Below are positions 47,543 through 60,272 of a DNA stretch of 64,000 nucleotides, one piece after another (position 1 is the stretch's first letter; each line of letters opens with the position of its first letter). The stretch is from Paraphysomonas bandaiensis (taxonomy: Eukaryota > Protista > Chrysophyceae), in contig CBFFRP010000211.1 of NCBI GenBank assembly GCA_965644295.1, positions 50,585-114,584 on the forward strand, given 5' to 3'. A program made the position numbers and the translations under genes. The notes beneath the pieces are model-generated. The model made no database searches. It saw nothing but the letters and a program-made list of their open reading frames with translations, and was not told the DNA's origin.

Positions 47543-50500
47543 TCATGTGTTATTTTCTTCGAGGCTTTTAGGCTGTACGTACGATGAGCAAACGCTCCAT
47601 TCCCCCGTGTACAAATTATCCCCATTACGTTCCTTCCCTTCCTCAAATTCACTCAGAGTTTGCCCGAAATCTTCCTTTATATCTGCAACACCTGATACCT
47701 CGGAGACTGCCGAGGTGATTGTTGGCTTCTCACCTACTCTTATTGGACTCTTGGACAAATTGGGAGTATCATAACTGCGAAACCAAACCTCATCAGTGTG
47801 CGCATTTTTATCGTACCTTTTCATATCACGCTCGATAAGACTTCCTTCTAATAAAGCATGCTGTAGTGCACTGGTCTCACCCCATAAACTGCTCGAGCTT
47901 TCTCCAACATGCAAACCGTCGTCTTCGCCCGGCAGGAGGGCGCTTTGAACGTGGGGCACAGGCTCTGCATCAGAAGGGCGGGACATTGTGTGGCTATTCG
48001 AAGTTCCCGACTGGGTCACTCGCTTTGATCGGTGGCTGGATCGGGCCCGAGAGCTGTGTAACTCTCCAGGAGGGGCAACTCCTCTGCTTGGAGGTTTGAC
48101 AGGCGGCTCTGGCCCAGTAATATGAAGGCGGCAGGTCGAGTCGCTTTCTTCTTCTAGACGTTTCTCCGCGCGCATATAGCCAGACGGGGAATGAGACTCC
48201 GGGGCGGTTGCCGCTCGTTTATATAAGGAAGCATTCGGGCGAGAATGTCGCTTCGATACCGATCCGGACATAAGCCTTTTAAGTCCTCCTTCCGAAATAT
48301 CGTTACGAGTAATTCCTGGTGGTCTGGCGGGAGGAGGGGAATCTCTGCGGTACACAATTAGAAATATATATATTCATGTCAGTGCAGATTACAAAACTGC
48401 TCAAAGTCAACAGTGCACTGAGAAAATTCATACACCAAATCGTACTTGCGGGAGTTGGAGGTCGCCACTGACATAGATGCCATGGCTAGATGTCTCGCCT
48501 TCTCAATATCATCCTTCATGGATATTATTTCAGATTGAATACCACGAATATTCGAGTTTAGATGTGTGCTTCCGGTTGCAGAGCGTTGAATATTCTTTGA
48601 CACGGGTGTACCTCCTCTTTTGACTTCCACTTTCATGACTGGTTTTGGGATTCGAATTTTCGAATCTGCACTAGTATGGCGGTGGTTATATTGTTCTACT
48701 AAAGAATTACAATAATATTGAAGATGTTTTATGGACACATCCACACGGCCAATTTCACTAACGAGTGTGCGTAGTTGCTCAGAAGTAACATCACTCTGTA
48801 GCTCTCGAATAGCTTCCGTCACCGGGAAAAAGTCACCTTCACCAGGTATAGTAGCACGAAAGTCGAACTGTCCTGGGTCTAATGCTGAGGAATATCGGTG
48901 ATAGTTCGGTTTAGGGCCCTTCTTGAGCTCTGCAAGTTCCGCTTGAAGTTTCTAGAACACAGTAACAATTATACGAACTCTTCAGTTTACGGAACGATAT
49001 CACTATCATTACGACCAGGGGAGCTTACCTCTACCGTTTCTTTAAGGGCAATTGTATCTACCTCTAAAGCAGATATATGACTCGCATTCATTGCAGTTGT
49101 TTCATTTGACAAGTCATTCACTCGCTCTAAACACTTCTCCACCACCCCTGATATTTGATCAATGGCGGCAAGAAAGCGCTGCTCAGTGGCTTTTGATTGT
49201 TCAACTAACTTTTGATGAGCAGCTGTCAATGTCCCATGTTCCTGACTGAGTACCAATAACGCTTCATGCAGTGTTGGGAATATAGCAACTTTGCTCTCCA
49301 ATGCAGATATACGGCTTTCAAATGCCTCGTTCTTCTTTTGCTGCTCACTGACTACCTGATTCATATGTGCATCCGAGACAAAGGTAGTCGCCGGAGTCGA
49401 TATAGGCGTCTTTGTAATCTGTGGTTTAGGTGAAGTAAATGTAGAATTTAGGTGTTTCTCTGTCACATTAATACCTGGCGGACAAAACTAGATCTAAGGC
49501 GGTGGGGAGAGCTCACTGAGGGATGGAAAGATTCACGTTGTTCTCGGCGGGCGGGTGGCCCCTGACACCGATCTTCGTTAGTCTGTGTACCCTCATCATC
49601 TTCAGAAAATCTTTCAAGAGATTTATTTTCATCTAAAGACACATGAACAAATATTCCGAGAGAATTTATAATCACTAAGGTAACCATACCTGCACTGAAA
49701 TCGAAGTCATCCTCATCCTTAGATATCATTTCGCTTGGCTTAATAACTGCTTCAAAAGATGTCAGAACTGATGGAGGAGGTTGTCGTACTCTAGGAGGGG
49801 GCGACGACATTCGAAAGGGTTGGGAGGTGGTACTTGCTCCTCCAGATGTAAGCTCTTTCTCGTGTACAGCTTTTTGGTCTTCATGAGTATCCTCATCAGG
49901 CATCGTTGTAGTACTCACTGCGTTCGAAGGAAAAAGAGACTGTGCAGAGCCTTGAGTGGATATTGGCGACTGATCATAGTTATCTGAAGAGACTACAGGA
50001 GGCGTCTCCTCCAAACTATATCGAGGTGATATTCGGAACGACACGCTTGGTCGCCTACTGAAAGCACCTGTTGAAGACAAGTCATTCTCCTGAGTAACGG
50101 ATAAACTTTGTTCTTTTGATATAGGCTGTTGATTTACGTCCTCAACGTCTTGGGTATCCACACTTAGATTACTGCTGAGAGTATCCTGTTGAACTGACCT
50201 TGACTGACGCCTTGAGATAGTATTGTTCCCGTCCGTGGTTTCTGAAAAATCATAGCTTCCAACATTACTTTCTTTTATATACCGTTTACTATCTGTTTTA
50301 ACAATTTTCATCTTTTTGAAATCATTTTGAAGTTTAAATAGTTGGTAGCCAGTGTCTTCAACTGTCCGTCGCAATGATGCAATCTCAGTCATCAACTACA
50401 ATTATATTATACAAAAATATAATTGGCACATAAAATGACCTTCTCTTCTTCCTCCTTAGCACGATTCGACTCTATAGACCTATTTAGCTCTAATTTCTTT

Positions 50501-50917
50501 ATTCGCTCAGCTAAAAGGTATATATTAATAAGCAGATTAGTATGACTATAACTTACACATCGCAGCTATAGCCTCAAGAGGATTAGATAAATTTAAAAAC
50601 GCGGATATATCTCCCTGTTTACTTCGTTTACTCTCAGGCGAAGATCTCTCCTCCTCGTCTGATAACTTTCCCTTGAATCTCTGTCCAATAATATCTTTGA
50701 TAGTGTCAGGTGGAAGTGCCAAATTCATCTGCTTATAACTCAGTGATGCCATAACCGCATGCAGCTCTGCTTTGGTTGTTGAGTGAGCTGTAACATCACG
50801 CAACTCTCGTAGCTGTTCATCGTGTCCTGATACCCGATCTAACAAACTCTTAACATCGAATGCTAATTCCTTTACTGTTGAATCCAGGTGCAGGTTAAGG
50901 GCTATATTAGCTGGCAT
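47543..50917 (-). CDS. Hypothetical multi-exon coiled-coil / Ser-Pro-rich protein
   Basis: Chain of same-strand ORFs separated by short AT-rich GT-AG gaps; probable start MPANIALNL at 50917. No family recognised. Confidence 0.65.
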
Positions 50918-51432
50918 TATATGTACGATAAGAGACTCAACAACACGAAACAAATATCAGTATATCGCTACACGTCTACACGCTCACAATTTCCGTCCAC
51001 TGGCACTACAATGTTCCACACATAGAGCCGATTACTGTGCTGTGACAGGAGTGAGAAACACAGTCATGATAACGACAAGACACACACATACATACATATA
51101 CGATAGAGTATACATGCTACTACAGTGGAGTATAGTATGGTCAAGTCAAAATACTTTATCCACCAATTAAGAAGGATGATTGGCTAATAGGTTCAGGAAT
51201 ATTTCTTAACGGAATACGCTCTTTCAAGATGATAGACATGCTGTACTGTACTGCTGTAGGAATCCTACTGCTGTACGTCTAGACGTTAGTGCTGCTCTGT
51301 CTGTTGGTGCGTATGTACAGATATTTATTGGGGAAAAGATATTTGAAAAAGCAGTTACGGGCCGGAACCAACACTTCCAACAATTCAAACCATTGCTGTG
51401 GACTAGAATAATATATATACAAGAAGTTGACT

Positions 51433-54400
51433 ATGAGGTGGTCCTGGAATACTTTCGTGTTCGTTTATGCTATATACGCCTTATGTTCACACTTCACTGT
51501 CATTGCTTCGGCAACAGCTTCGCCAACATCAATTCCAAGTGGGCAACCAACAGCCCAGCCTACTGGACAGCCGACATGCATTCCTACAGGTCAGCCTACT
51601 GGACAGCCTACCGGGGAGCCGACGTGTATTCCCACAGGTCAGCCTACTGGACTACCTACTGGGCAACCCACTGGGCAACCCACTGGGCTACCTACTGGTC
51701 AGCCTAGCGGACAGCCGACGTGTATTCCAACAGGCCAGCCTACTGGACAACCCACAGGTTATCCCACCGGACAGCCGACGTGTATTCCCACAGGCCAGCC
51801 GACTGGACAACCCACAGGTCAGCCCAGCGGTCTGCCAACAGGGCAGCCTACTGGACAACCTAGTGGTCAGCCTACTGGACAGCCTACCGGTCAGCCTACT
51901 AGTCAGCCCACGGGTCTGCCTACTGGACAGCCTACTGGACAGCCAACTGGGCTGCCTACTGGACAACCTACTTCACAGCCTTCTGGACAGCCGACGTGTG
52001 TTCCTACAGGGCAGCCTACTGGACAACCCACTGGACAGCCTACAGGCCAGCCGACGTGTATTCCCACAGGGCAGCCCACTGGACAGCCGACGTGCATTCC
52101 TACAGGCCAGCCGACTGGACAACCAACTGGATTGCCTACCGGACAGCCGACGTGTATTCCCACAGGTCAGCCTACAGGACAACCTACCGGTCAGCCAACT
52201 GGGCAGCCCACGGGTCAGCCTACTGGGCAGCCTACTGGTCAACCCACATGTCAGCCTACCGGTCAGCCTACTGGTCAGCCTACTGGTCAGCCTACTGGAC
52301 AACCTACTGGGCAGCCGACTGGTGAACCGTCTTCACACCCCACATATCAATACCCTCTCTCTCTGGAGTTATTTCAGGGTGGGAACGACTCAGTTCCCAT
52401 TGTCTGGACACCTGACAGCCTAGCTTGGGCCAACTCACCTTACCCGTTGTACTTAACAGTGGATGTTTACCCAACAAACTACGAGTCCAAGGCAATGTCG
52501 TGGGTAACTGTCAAAGTTGACGGCAACACTACTATGGGGTTTTGTACACCTGACGAAGAATGTGGCACATCATATTTCAATTGCTTCTACGATATGGATA
52601 TCTCCGATTTTATCTCAGAACCGCTTGGTGGAACTCTTACTATTGAGGTATCCAGTACAGGTGTGACAAGCAGTCCATGTGATTACATGGGCTACCCTCT
52701 ATACGCACACATCCAACTGCGAGGAGCAATGCCAACCAGTCAGCCTACTGGGGAGCCGTCTAGTTGTCCGTCAAGCCAGCCTACAGGGCTGCCAACATCT
52801 GTACCATCAGGCCAACCAACAGGTCAACCAACAGGTCAACCATCAAGTTTACCTTCTGGGCAGCCTACTGGGCAGCCTACTGGCCAACCTTCTGGACAGC
52901 CCACCGGACAGCCTACTGGCCAACCAACTGGCCAACCCTCATCTCTACCAAGTGGTCAACCAACTGGCCAACCCACAAGTCAACCTAGTGGTCAGCCTTC
53001 TGGTCAACCAAGTGGATTACCGACAGCCCAACCAACAAGTCAACCTTCTGGTCAACCTAGCGGACAACCGACAGCCCATCCTACCTTTGAATATCCTCTA
53101 GACATGCAATTCTCTGGTGGTGGAAATGACACTAGCCCCGTTGTATGGGAGGTGGATAGGCTCTCTTATGTCAACACTGTACACCCACTATATCTCACTG
53201 TCGATGTTTATCCTACTAATTATGAGGTTTTTGCCAATCAGTATGCTACGATTACTGTCAATGGAGCAGTTATTGATTCTCATTGCTCTCCGGACGAGTC
53301 ATGTGGTGATACATGGTATATGTGTGTGGGTGAGTATGACATATCACATCTTGTGGAAGAACCACTAGGTGGATCAGTAGTTATTGAGGTATCAAGCACT
53401 GGTGTGAATTCAGGCCCATGTAATCACAATGGTCATCCCTTATCTACTCAAATGTTTCTCCGCGAGGTGATGCCCACTGGGCAACCAACTGGTATTCCCA
53501 GCTCGATACCATCGGGTGAGCCATCCGGCATGCCATCCGGTGAACCTACTTCTACTCCTACTAGCCAACCAACAGGTCAACCAACAAGTTTACCTTCTGG
53601 GCAGCCTACTGGGCAGCCTACTGGCCAACCTTCTGGACAGCCTACCGGACAGCCTACTGGCCAACCAACTGGCCAACCCTCATCTCTACCAAGTGGTCAA
53701 CCAACTGGCCAACCCACAAGTCAACCTAGTGGTCAGCCTTCTGGTCAACCAAGTGGATTACCGACAGCCCAACCAACAAGTCAACCTTCTGGTCAACCTA
53801 GCGGACAACCGACAGCCCATCCTACCTTTGAATATCCTCTAGACATGCAATTCTCTGGTGGTGGAAATGACACTAGCCCCGTTGTATGGGAGGTGGATAG
53901 GCTCTCTTATGTCAACACTGTACACCCACTATATCTCACTGTCGATGTTTATCCTACTAACTATGAGGTTTTTGCCAATCAGTATGCTACGATTACTGTC
54001 AATGGAGCAGTTATTGATTCTCATTGCTCTCCGGACGAGTCATGTGGTGATACATGGTATATGTGTGTGGGTGAGTATGACATATCACATCTTGTGGAAG
54101 AACCACTAGGTGGATCAGTAGTTATTGAGGTATCAAGCACTGGTGTGAATTCAGGCCCATGTAATCACAATGGTCATCCCTTATCTACTCAAATGTTTCT
54201 CCGCGAGGTGATGCCCACTGGGCAACCAACTGGTATTCCCAGCTCGATACCATCGGGTGAGCCATCCGGCATGCCATCCGGTGAACCTACTTCTACTCCT
54301 ACTGGCCAACCAACAGGTCAACCAACAAGTTTACCTTCTGGGCAGCCTACTGGGCAGCCTACTGGCCAACCTTCTGGACAGCCCACCGGACAGCCTACTG

Positions 54401-56331
54401 GCCAACCAACTGGCCAACCCTCATCTCTACCAAGTGGTCAACCAACTGGCCAACCCACAAGTCAACCTAGTGGTCAGCCTTCTGGTCAACCAAGTGGATT
54501 ACCGACAGCCCAACCAACAAGTCAACCTTCTGGTCAACCTAGCGGACAACCGACAGCCCATCCTACCTTTGAATATCCTCTAGACATGCAATTCTCTGGT
54601 GGTGGAAATGACACTAGCCCCGTTGTATGGGAGGTGGATAGGCTCTCTTATGTCAACACTGTACACCCACTATATCTCACTGTCGATGTTTATCCTACTA
54701 ACTATGAGGTTTTTGCCAATCAGTATGCTACGATTACTGTCAATGGAGCAGTTATTGATTCTCATTGCTCTCCGGACGAGTCATGTGGTGATACATGGTA
54801 TATGTGTGTGGGTGAGTATGACATATCACATCTTGTGGAAGAACCACTAGGTGGATCAGTAGTTATTGAGGTATCAAGCACTGGTGTGAATTCAGGCCCA
54901 TGTAATCACAATGGCCATCCCTTATCTACTCAAATGTTTCTCCGCGAGGTGATGCCCACTGGGCAACCAACTGGTATTCCCAGCTCGATACCATCGGGTG
55001 AGCCATCCGGCATGCCATCCGGTGAACCTACTTCTACTCCTACTGGCCAACCAACAGGTCAACCAACAAGTTTACCTTCTGGGCAGCCTACTGGGCAGCC
55101 AACATCTGTACCATCAGGCCAGCCAACAAGTTTACCTTCTGGGCAGCCTACTGGGCAGCCTACTGCTCAACCTTCTGGACAGCCTACCGGAGAGCCTACT
55201 TCTACGCCTACTATTTCATCACCATTCTTTTTGCGCTCCTATCTCTCAGGAGATGATTCATCCCCTGGCGTGTGGCAAGTAGACAAGCTTGGCTACAGTA
55301 ATAACAATAATACCTTATATTTATCTGTTGATGTCATGCCAACAAATTTTGAACATAAAGCGTTCCAGTGGGCAACAGTTACAGTTAATGGCGAGGTTGT
55401 TGTTCCGTATTGTACTCCTGGAAAAGCTTGCAGTTCAAAATGGTTTTCTTGCTTACGTAATCTTGATGTGACAGAGTATTTGACACCTGCATACGGCGGA
55501 TCTGTGACTGTTGAAGTTAGTACTCATGGAGTTGAAAGTGGTCCTTGTGATTATGAAGGTTGCCCCTTGTATGCTCAGGTGACACTGACAGAGGAGATTC
55601 CTCACGACGATGAACCAGAAGAAATTTTGGTTTGGATTGTCGTGGGCTCTTGCGTTGGTTTCTGTCTTCTCGTTACTTGCATTGGTATTGCATATCAAAG
55701 AGATCAAACCAAGAAGAAATACGATGTCTCCACACAAAATGAAGAATATTCAGACTCTCTTCCTGTTTTCACCAGACCGAAGCCTGCTGCAGGAAAAAAA
55801 GGATCAACGCAGCTGAAAGTCTATCCCGATACGGTACTAGATTGCGTGACAGAAATTAGTAATTGAAATTTACTGTAGGAACCAAAGAATGTTTCTCCTC
55901 AAGTGGATAGTGAAATGCCAATGCAATCACTTGCTGTGATATCTGACGACGGGGGTGTATTTGCAAAGGAATCTACTGAACCTTCAGGTTTAGCTCCTAC
56001 AATGCAGCTGAAAAACTATCCCGATACGGTACTAGATTATGTAGCAGAAATTAATTATACTCAACCTTATTGCAGGAGCCAAAGAAGGCTTCTCTTCAAG
56101 TGGATAGTGAAATGCCAATGCAATCACTTGCTGTGAAATCTGACGATGGGGTTGTATTTGCAAAGGAATCTACTGAACCTTCAGGCTTAGCTCCTATGTT
56201 GCCGTTCACTTCAAATGTAAGGGATATTTATCATATATAACATAATCGTCTTACACCTTCTATAGGAAGTCTCCCAGTCCGATAAAAACGATTGTATGCT
56301 TATGGATGTCACCGATGGTGATGATATTTAG
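51433..56331 (+). CDS. Type I membrane protein: signal peptide, PTGQ-repeat stalks, five copies of a ~125-aa Cys-containing domain, TM helix, cytoplasmic tail; introns 55834-55878, 56029-56075, 56217-56265
   Basis: Long ORF from ATG 51433; TM segment [24 protein letters not shown]. Three phase-0 GT-AG introns extend the frame to a TAG ending at 56331. Confidence 0.85.
52844..55066 (+). repeat. 741-bp coding unit in three near-identical tandem copies
   Basis: gacatgcaattctctgg at 53101, 53842 and 54583; only a few substitutions between copies. Confidence 0.95.
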
Positions 56332-56613
56332 TTTTGTTTGCTTTTATTTTTGCTTAAATATATTGTACTGGTTACTATTGAAAGTCTTTTTCTTAGAGTG
56401 TCGACGATGTGTTGAAGTGTATTGAGTTGATATGGTATAGAACTAGGGGAATGATGTAGATTAGGATCAGTAGTAAAATTGAACGGTAAATCTAGTACTG
56501 GTTACCGATTCGTATTATTTCACAATCACACGAGCGTAAATCATTACTTGTAGCTGAGTTGCAGCAAACAAAAGTAAAAAATGTATCAGCAAATAATGTA
56601 ATTTCGTAGAAAA

Positions 56614-57006
56614 TAGAAGTAGTGAATGTCTGAATATTAGCAATAGGCGTGTAAGAGTCAGAAGTAATGTAGCAAAACAATTTAACTAACGCTAGCGCTC
56701 AACTCTGATACACTACTATTTGGCGCTACGAAATCTGCTTGTGCGTCACCGCAAGCACCAAGGTTCAATCAATCAATTCCGCTCTCTGTCCTTAAGGTGA
56801 ACAGCCCGAATGCTTGACTTCACCAGGCAGATCAATACCCCAGATGCCTTTGAAGTGGGTCCATTCCCAGATGTCGGTTTACTGTTTACTCATCAGGCCC
56901 TAAGACGACTACACAAGGACTAGGCTGTAGGCTATGAGTGGGCAAAATTATCTGTTGACTATATATTATTGCGTAAGTTTACCGGAAAGTATCTCCGGTA
57001 ATATCT
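56614..57006 (-). mobile_element. Family 1 SINE-like copy E
   Basis: TAGCAATAGGCGT, GCTACGAAATCTGCTTGTGCGTCACCGCAAGCA, GAACAGCCCGAATGCTTGACTTCA and a CCGGA..TCCGG hairpin are shared with the other copies. Confidence 0.7.
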
Positions 57007-57106
57007 GCGCTGAACTAACTTGCAAAAGTATTTAGATATTTCAACTCTTCGTTTCTTATGCCAATGACCTGACTTCAGCAATTTCATTGCACAGTAGACA
57101 CCTGCG

Positions 57107-57366
57107 TAATGCAGATTTAAGCCTTTAGTAATAGTAAGAAGAATATTAGAGTGTAAAGTGATGGACATAGTACTGTAAAAAAGAGTGCATAATAATGCAT
57201 AGTGCAGAACATAACTATCACACACAACGGAACAGTTAGAAGTATAACTGACAATGACGATCATTATGATGACGATCAAGTATCTTCAATAGATACAATC
57301 ATCAATTCAGTTCATGATATATTTCATTGAACATCATAACTCACACATGCTATCTTGTATTAAGAT
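57107..57366 (+). repeat. AT-rich dispersed repeat family 2, copy 2
   Basis: Aligns with 41001-41248. Confidence 0.85.
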
Positions 57367-57848
57367 GTAAGATGAATCCTAATATGCGTCAATTTCTTCT
57401 TTCTTCGATTTCAATATCAAATTATAGGATTTAGAAATGCAAGCTATTTACATCAATATAATAAACAGACATCCTCTAACGAAGTAAAAGTCATGTTCGT
57501 AAAATAATATTTACATATGCCGATCTGTATGGTATATCCGTTGCTTCTATAAGAAAGCCGAGGAGGAGGAAATGGTTTAGTATTTTGTAACTTTGTTTTC
57601 GAATAGTCATTGCGACTTTATTATTATTTACCATATCTACGTGCGAGCAAGGTGTCTACCATTCATGTTCACAACAACTGTCAGTGCCACTAGTCGTCAC
57701 CGCCTGGAACAACAATTTCCATGTACTTATATCTTCTCTTTGCTAACAATTAGTCCGGGAAACCAGACGAATACTTAATTCAAAAACGCAAAAAACGATC
57801 GATAACTCTTCCACATGCAACGAGCCATAGCAGGCCTGTCAAGGGTCT

Positions 57849-60272
57849 CTAGATGTCATTTGACATTTCTCGCTGCTGCTGCTTGTACAACTCAATATGC
57901 TGTGCACTAGGCTTGTAGCCCGTGAATGAGCGCATCGGTTGATGATACAATTCAATATGCGCACGCGATGGAACAAAGCCATTGAAAGACGTACGACGCA
58001 CAACTCCATCGTCATCTCCGCGTGCAGCTTCCTCGTCTGATAGAATAGAACTCAATTTCCGAGAAATTTCCTGATAGGTCGGAACATTTTGATAGTTTCC
58101 TCCACTTGTGATGAAAAGGTCAGAAGTAGGAAATGCGTCTCCCTGTTCATCAATTACACGCCACACTGCTTCAATACCTTCGTCTATAATATCGAGGCGC
58201 TCAAGAACTTGGTCAATCATATTCCCACTGATCGGTTTGTCCATAGCACCTAGATTTACGCTCACCATCTTCTCTTCGTCCTTCGGCACCAAGGCATTTC
58301 GGACCTCCTCTTCACCCTCTCCCTTTTCATCGCCTGCGGCCTTCTTAGCCTTGTAGAGGAGGGCACGAGTTGCTTTCATTTCGTCCACCATACGAGAAAA
58401 GAACCGGGAAGTTTGGGTGCGAGCTTGCTGGGCCAATCCTTCCGGTGAGGCTCGACGAGCCTCTTCCATTAATGCCCAGTTCTCTGGTTCAGAGATAACG
58501 TTGCTTCCTGTCAAATTTGCCTGTAGAATACGCAATTTCAGTGCAAAGGATGAAGCCAATACGGTGTATGCATGATATCAGCACGACAACACAGAACATC
58601 AGACTGCCAACTATACCTGCGAATCTGAGCGCTCAACATCCTTAGTGGCATCCTTGGAGTGCTCCAACCACCTTGGCCCAAGTTTGCTGATACAGACGAG
58701 TCCAATTGGTGCTGTCAATAGAATCGATATGACTGCAGTTACCAGAATCTCTTTGCCCCATTGCTCCCATTTATCAAAGTCTGGGTCATCATGATCCATC
58801 TTATCTCTGATCAGATCAAGTGGCACACTTCCCAAAGCAGCCTGAACAGTGGCTTTAGGAATCCAACTCAGACCGATAAAAGATCGCTCCTGTTATTTCA
58901 AAATTTAGGAGCACAAAATGGAGATAGTTTCATTCACGCAGCACAACATGAAAATTCATAACCCACAGGGAGGGACTCAGCACACCTTGAAGTTAAAGTC
59001 TTTTCCTCCAGTAACTAAGAAAGCAATCGGAACACGCACACACATACCAATGGCCACAGCCAACACAGCCTTCGGAATTACATTCAACTCCAGTTCACGG
59101 AAGTCCACAGATGCACCTACACATCAAGCAATTACAATAACAATAAGAGTAATATAGTGAATCTCACCGATAACTCCAAACAGGAGAGGCTGCGCTATCA
59201 AACCCCATATCTTTGCAATATGATGCTCTACTTCGTGGTGATGAGAGTTACTTGGACCAGTGGAAAGCGCGCCACACCATCCATTCTGCCAGCACATAGA
59301 GGCAAAAATGCCAGTCATTAAACCAGCCATCGCACCGCCGCCATTATAGTGCAACATGGTTGCCCCGAACATGAAGAACAGACCGATGAGAATTGTAATA
59401 GCCGATCGTTTCCATTTACTGTTCCATATCGCAGTACATCCGGCGATGTACCCACCTATATAAATAGCACAATTTCAAATTTAAATGATAGGCACACAGA
59501 AGTCTTCGTTACCAATATATCCACACAGAGATCCTCCAATGAGATTAATGGGGCCATGCATGCCTCCAAGAATGGGGTCGTCTCCCCCTTTAACGGCTAA
59601 GCCAATACACATTGCAAAACCACTAATAGCCACAACGTCATCAAAAGAGGCTGCAGCCACTACAAGTGAAGGGAGACCTTTGGCAACACCGTACCCCCGC
59701 TTATGAAGGTCGAACATACCGCTTACAACGACAGCAGGTGACACGGCAGCTAATACAAAGCCACATGACAAAGCTAGAGCGAAGGGCATATTAAACAGGA
59801 GTACAGCCATTCCGCAAATAGTAAATGCCTCACAAACTCCAGGACATACAGTTAATCTCGCGGCAATAAGGCCCTGCTTCTTTATCATTGGTATATCAAG
59901 CTCGAGGCCAGATCGCATCAATATTAACGACAAACCGAATGCACGAAACTGAGCACTCCATGATTCAGGTAGGCCTTGCATGGGATCGCCAGGAAGATTT
60001 CTCAATACAATACCAGCAACAAGCATGCCCAATAGAGCAGGGATACCCACTTTCTCCATACTTCTACCGGCCAAATACGATGCAAGCCACAGTAAAATAG
60101 TCGCCCACATCGGACCATTGGGTAACATAAAATCAAATCCAAGAGCGAATGAAAACATTCCAAACGCTATTAAAAACATAACAAGATTACCCAACATAGT
60201 CAAATCCTTCGTCTCTTGTGTGCCACTCGATTCATTTCGAAGGCCACAGAGAGATAACAAGTAGAGCAACAT
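57849..60272 (-). CDS. SLC9B: Na+/H+ antiporter of the NHA/SLC9B type, multi-exon, 5' end uncertain
   Basis: PALLGMLVAGIVLRN, ILMRSGLELD, AAVSPAVVV, AAASFDDVVAI, AQPLLFGVIG, WIPKATVQAALG, AVISILLTAPIG. Confidence 0.9.

Noticed and set aside
51467-55282. Overlapping alternative-frame and antisense ORFs in the PTGQ gene
   Set aside because: By-products of the repetitive low-complexity coding sequence.
56885-56900. CTGATGAG on the minus strand as a hammerhead core
   Set aside because: No stem II followed by GAAA, and the motif is not conserved in the other family 1 copies.
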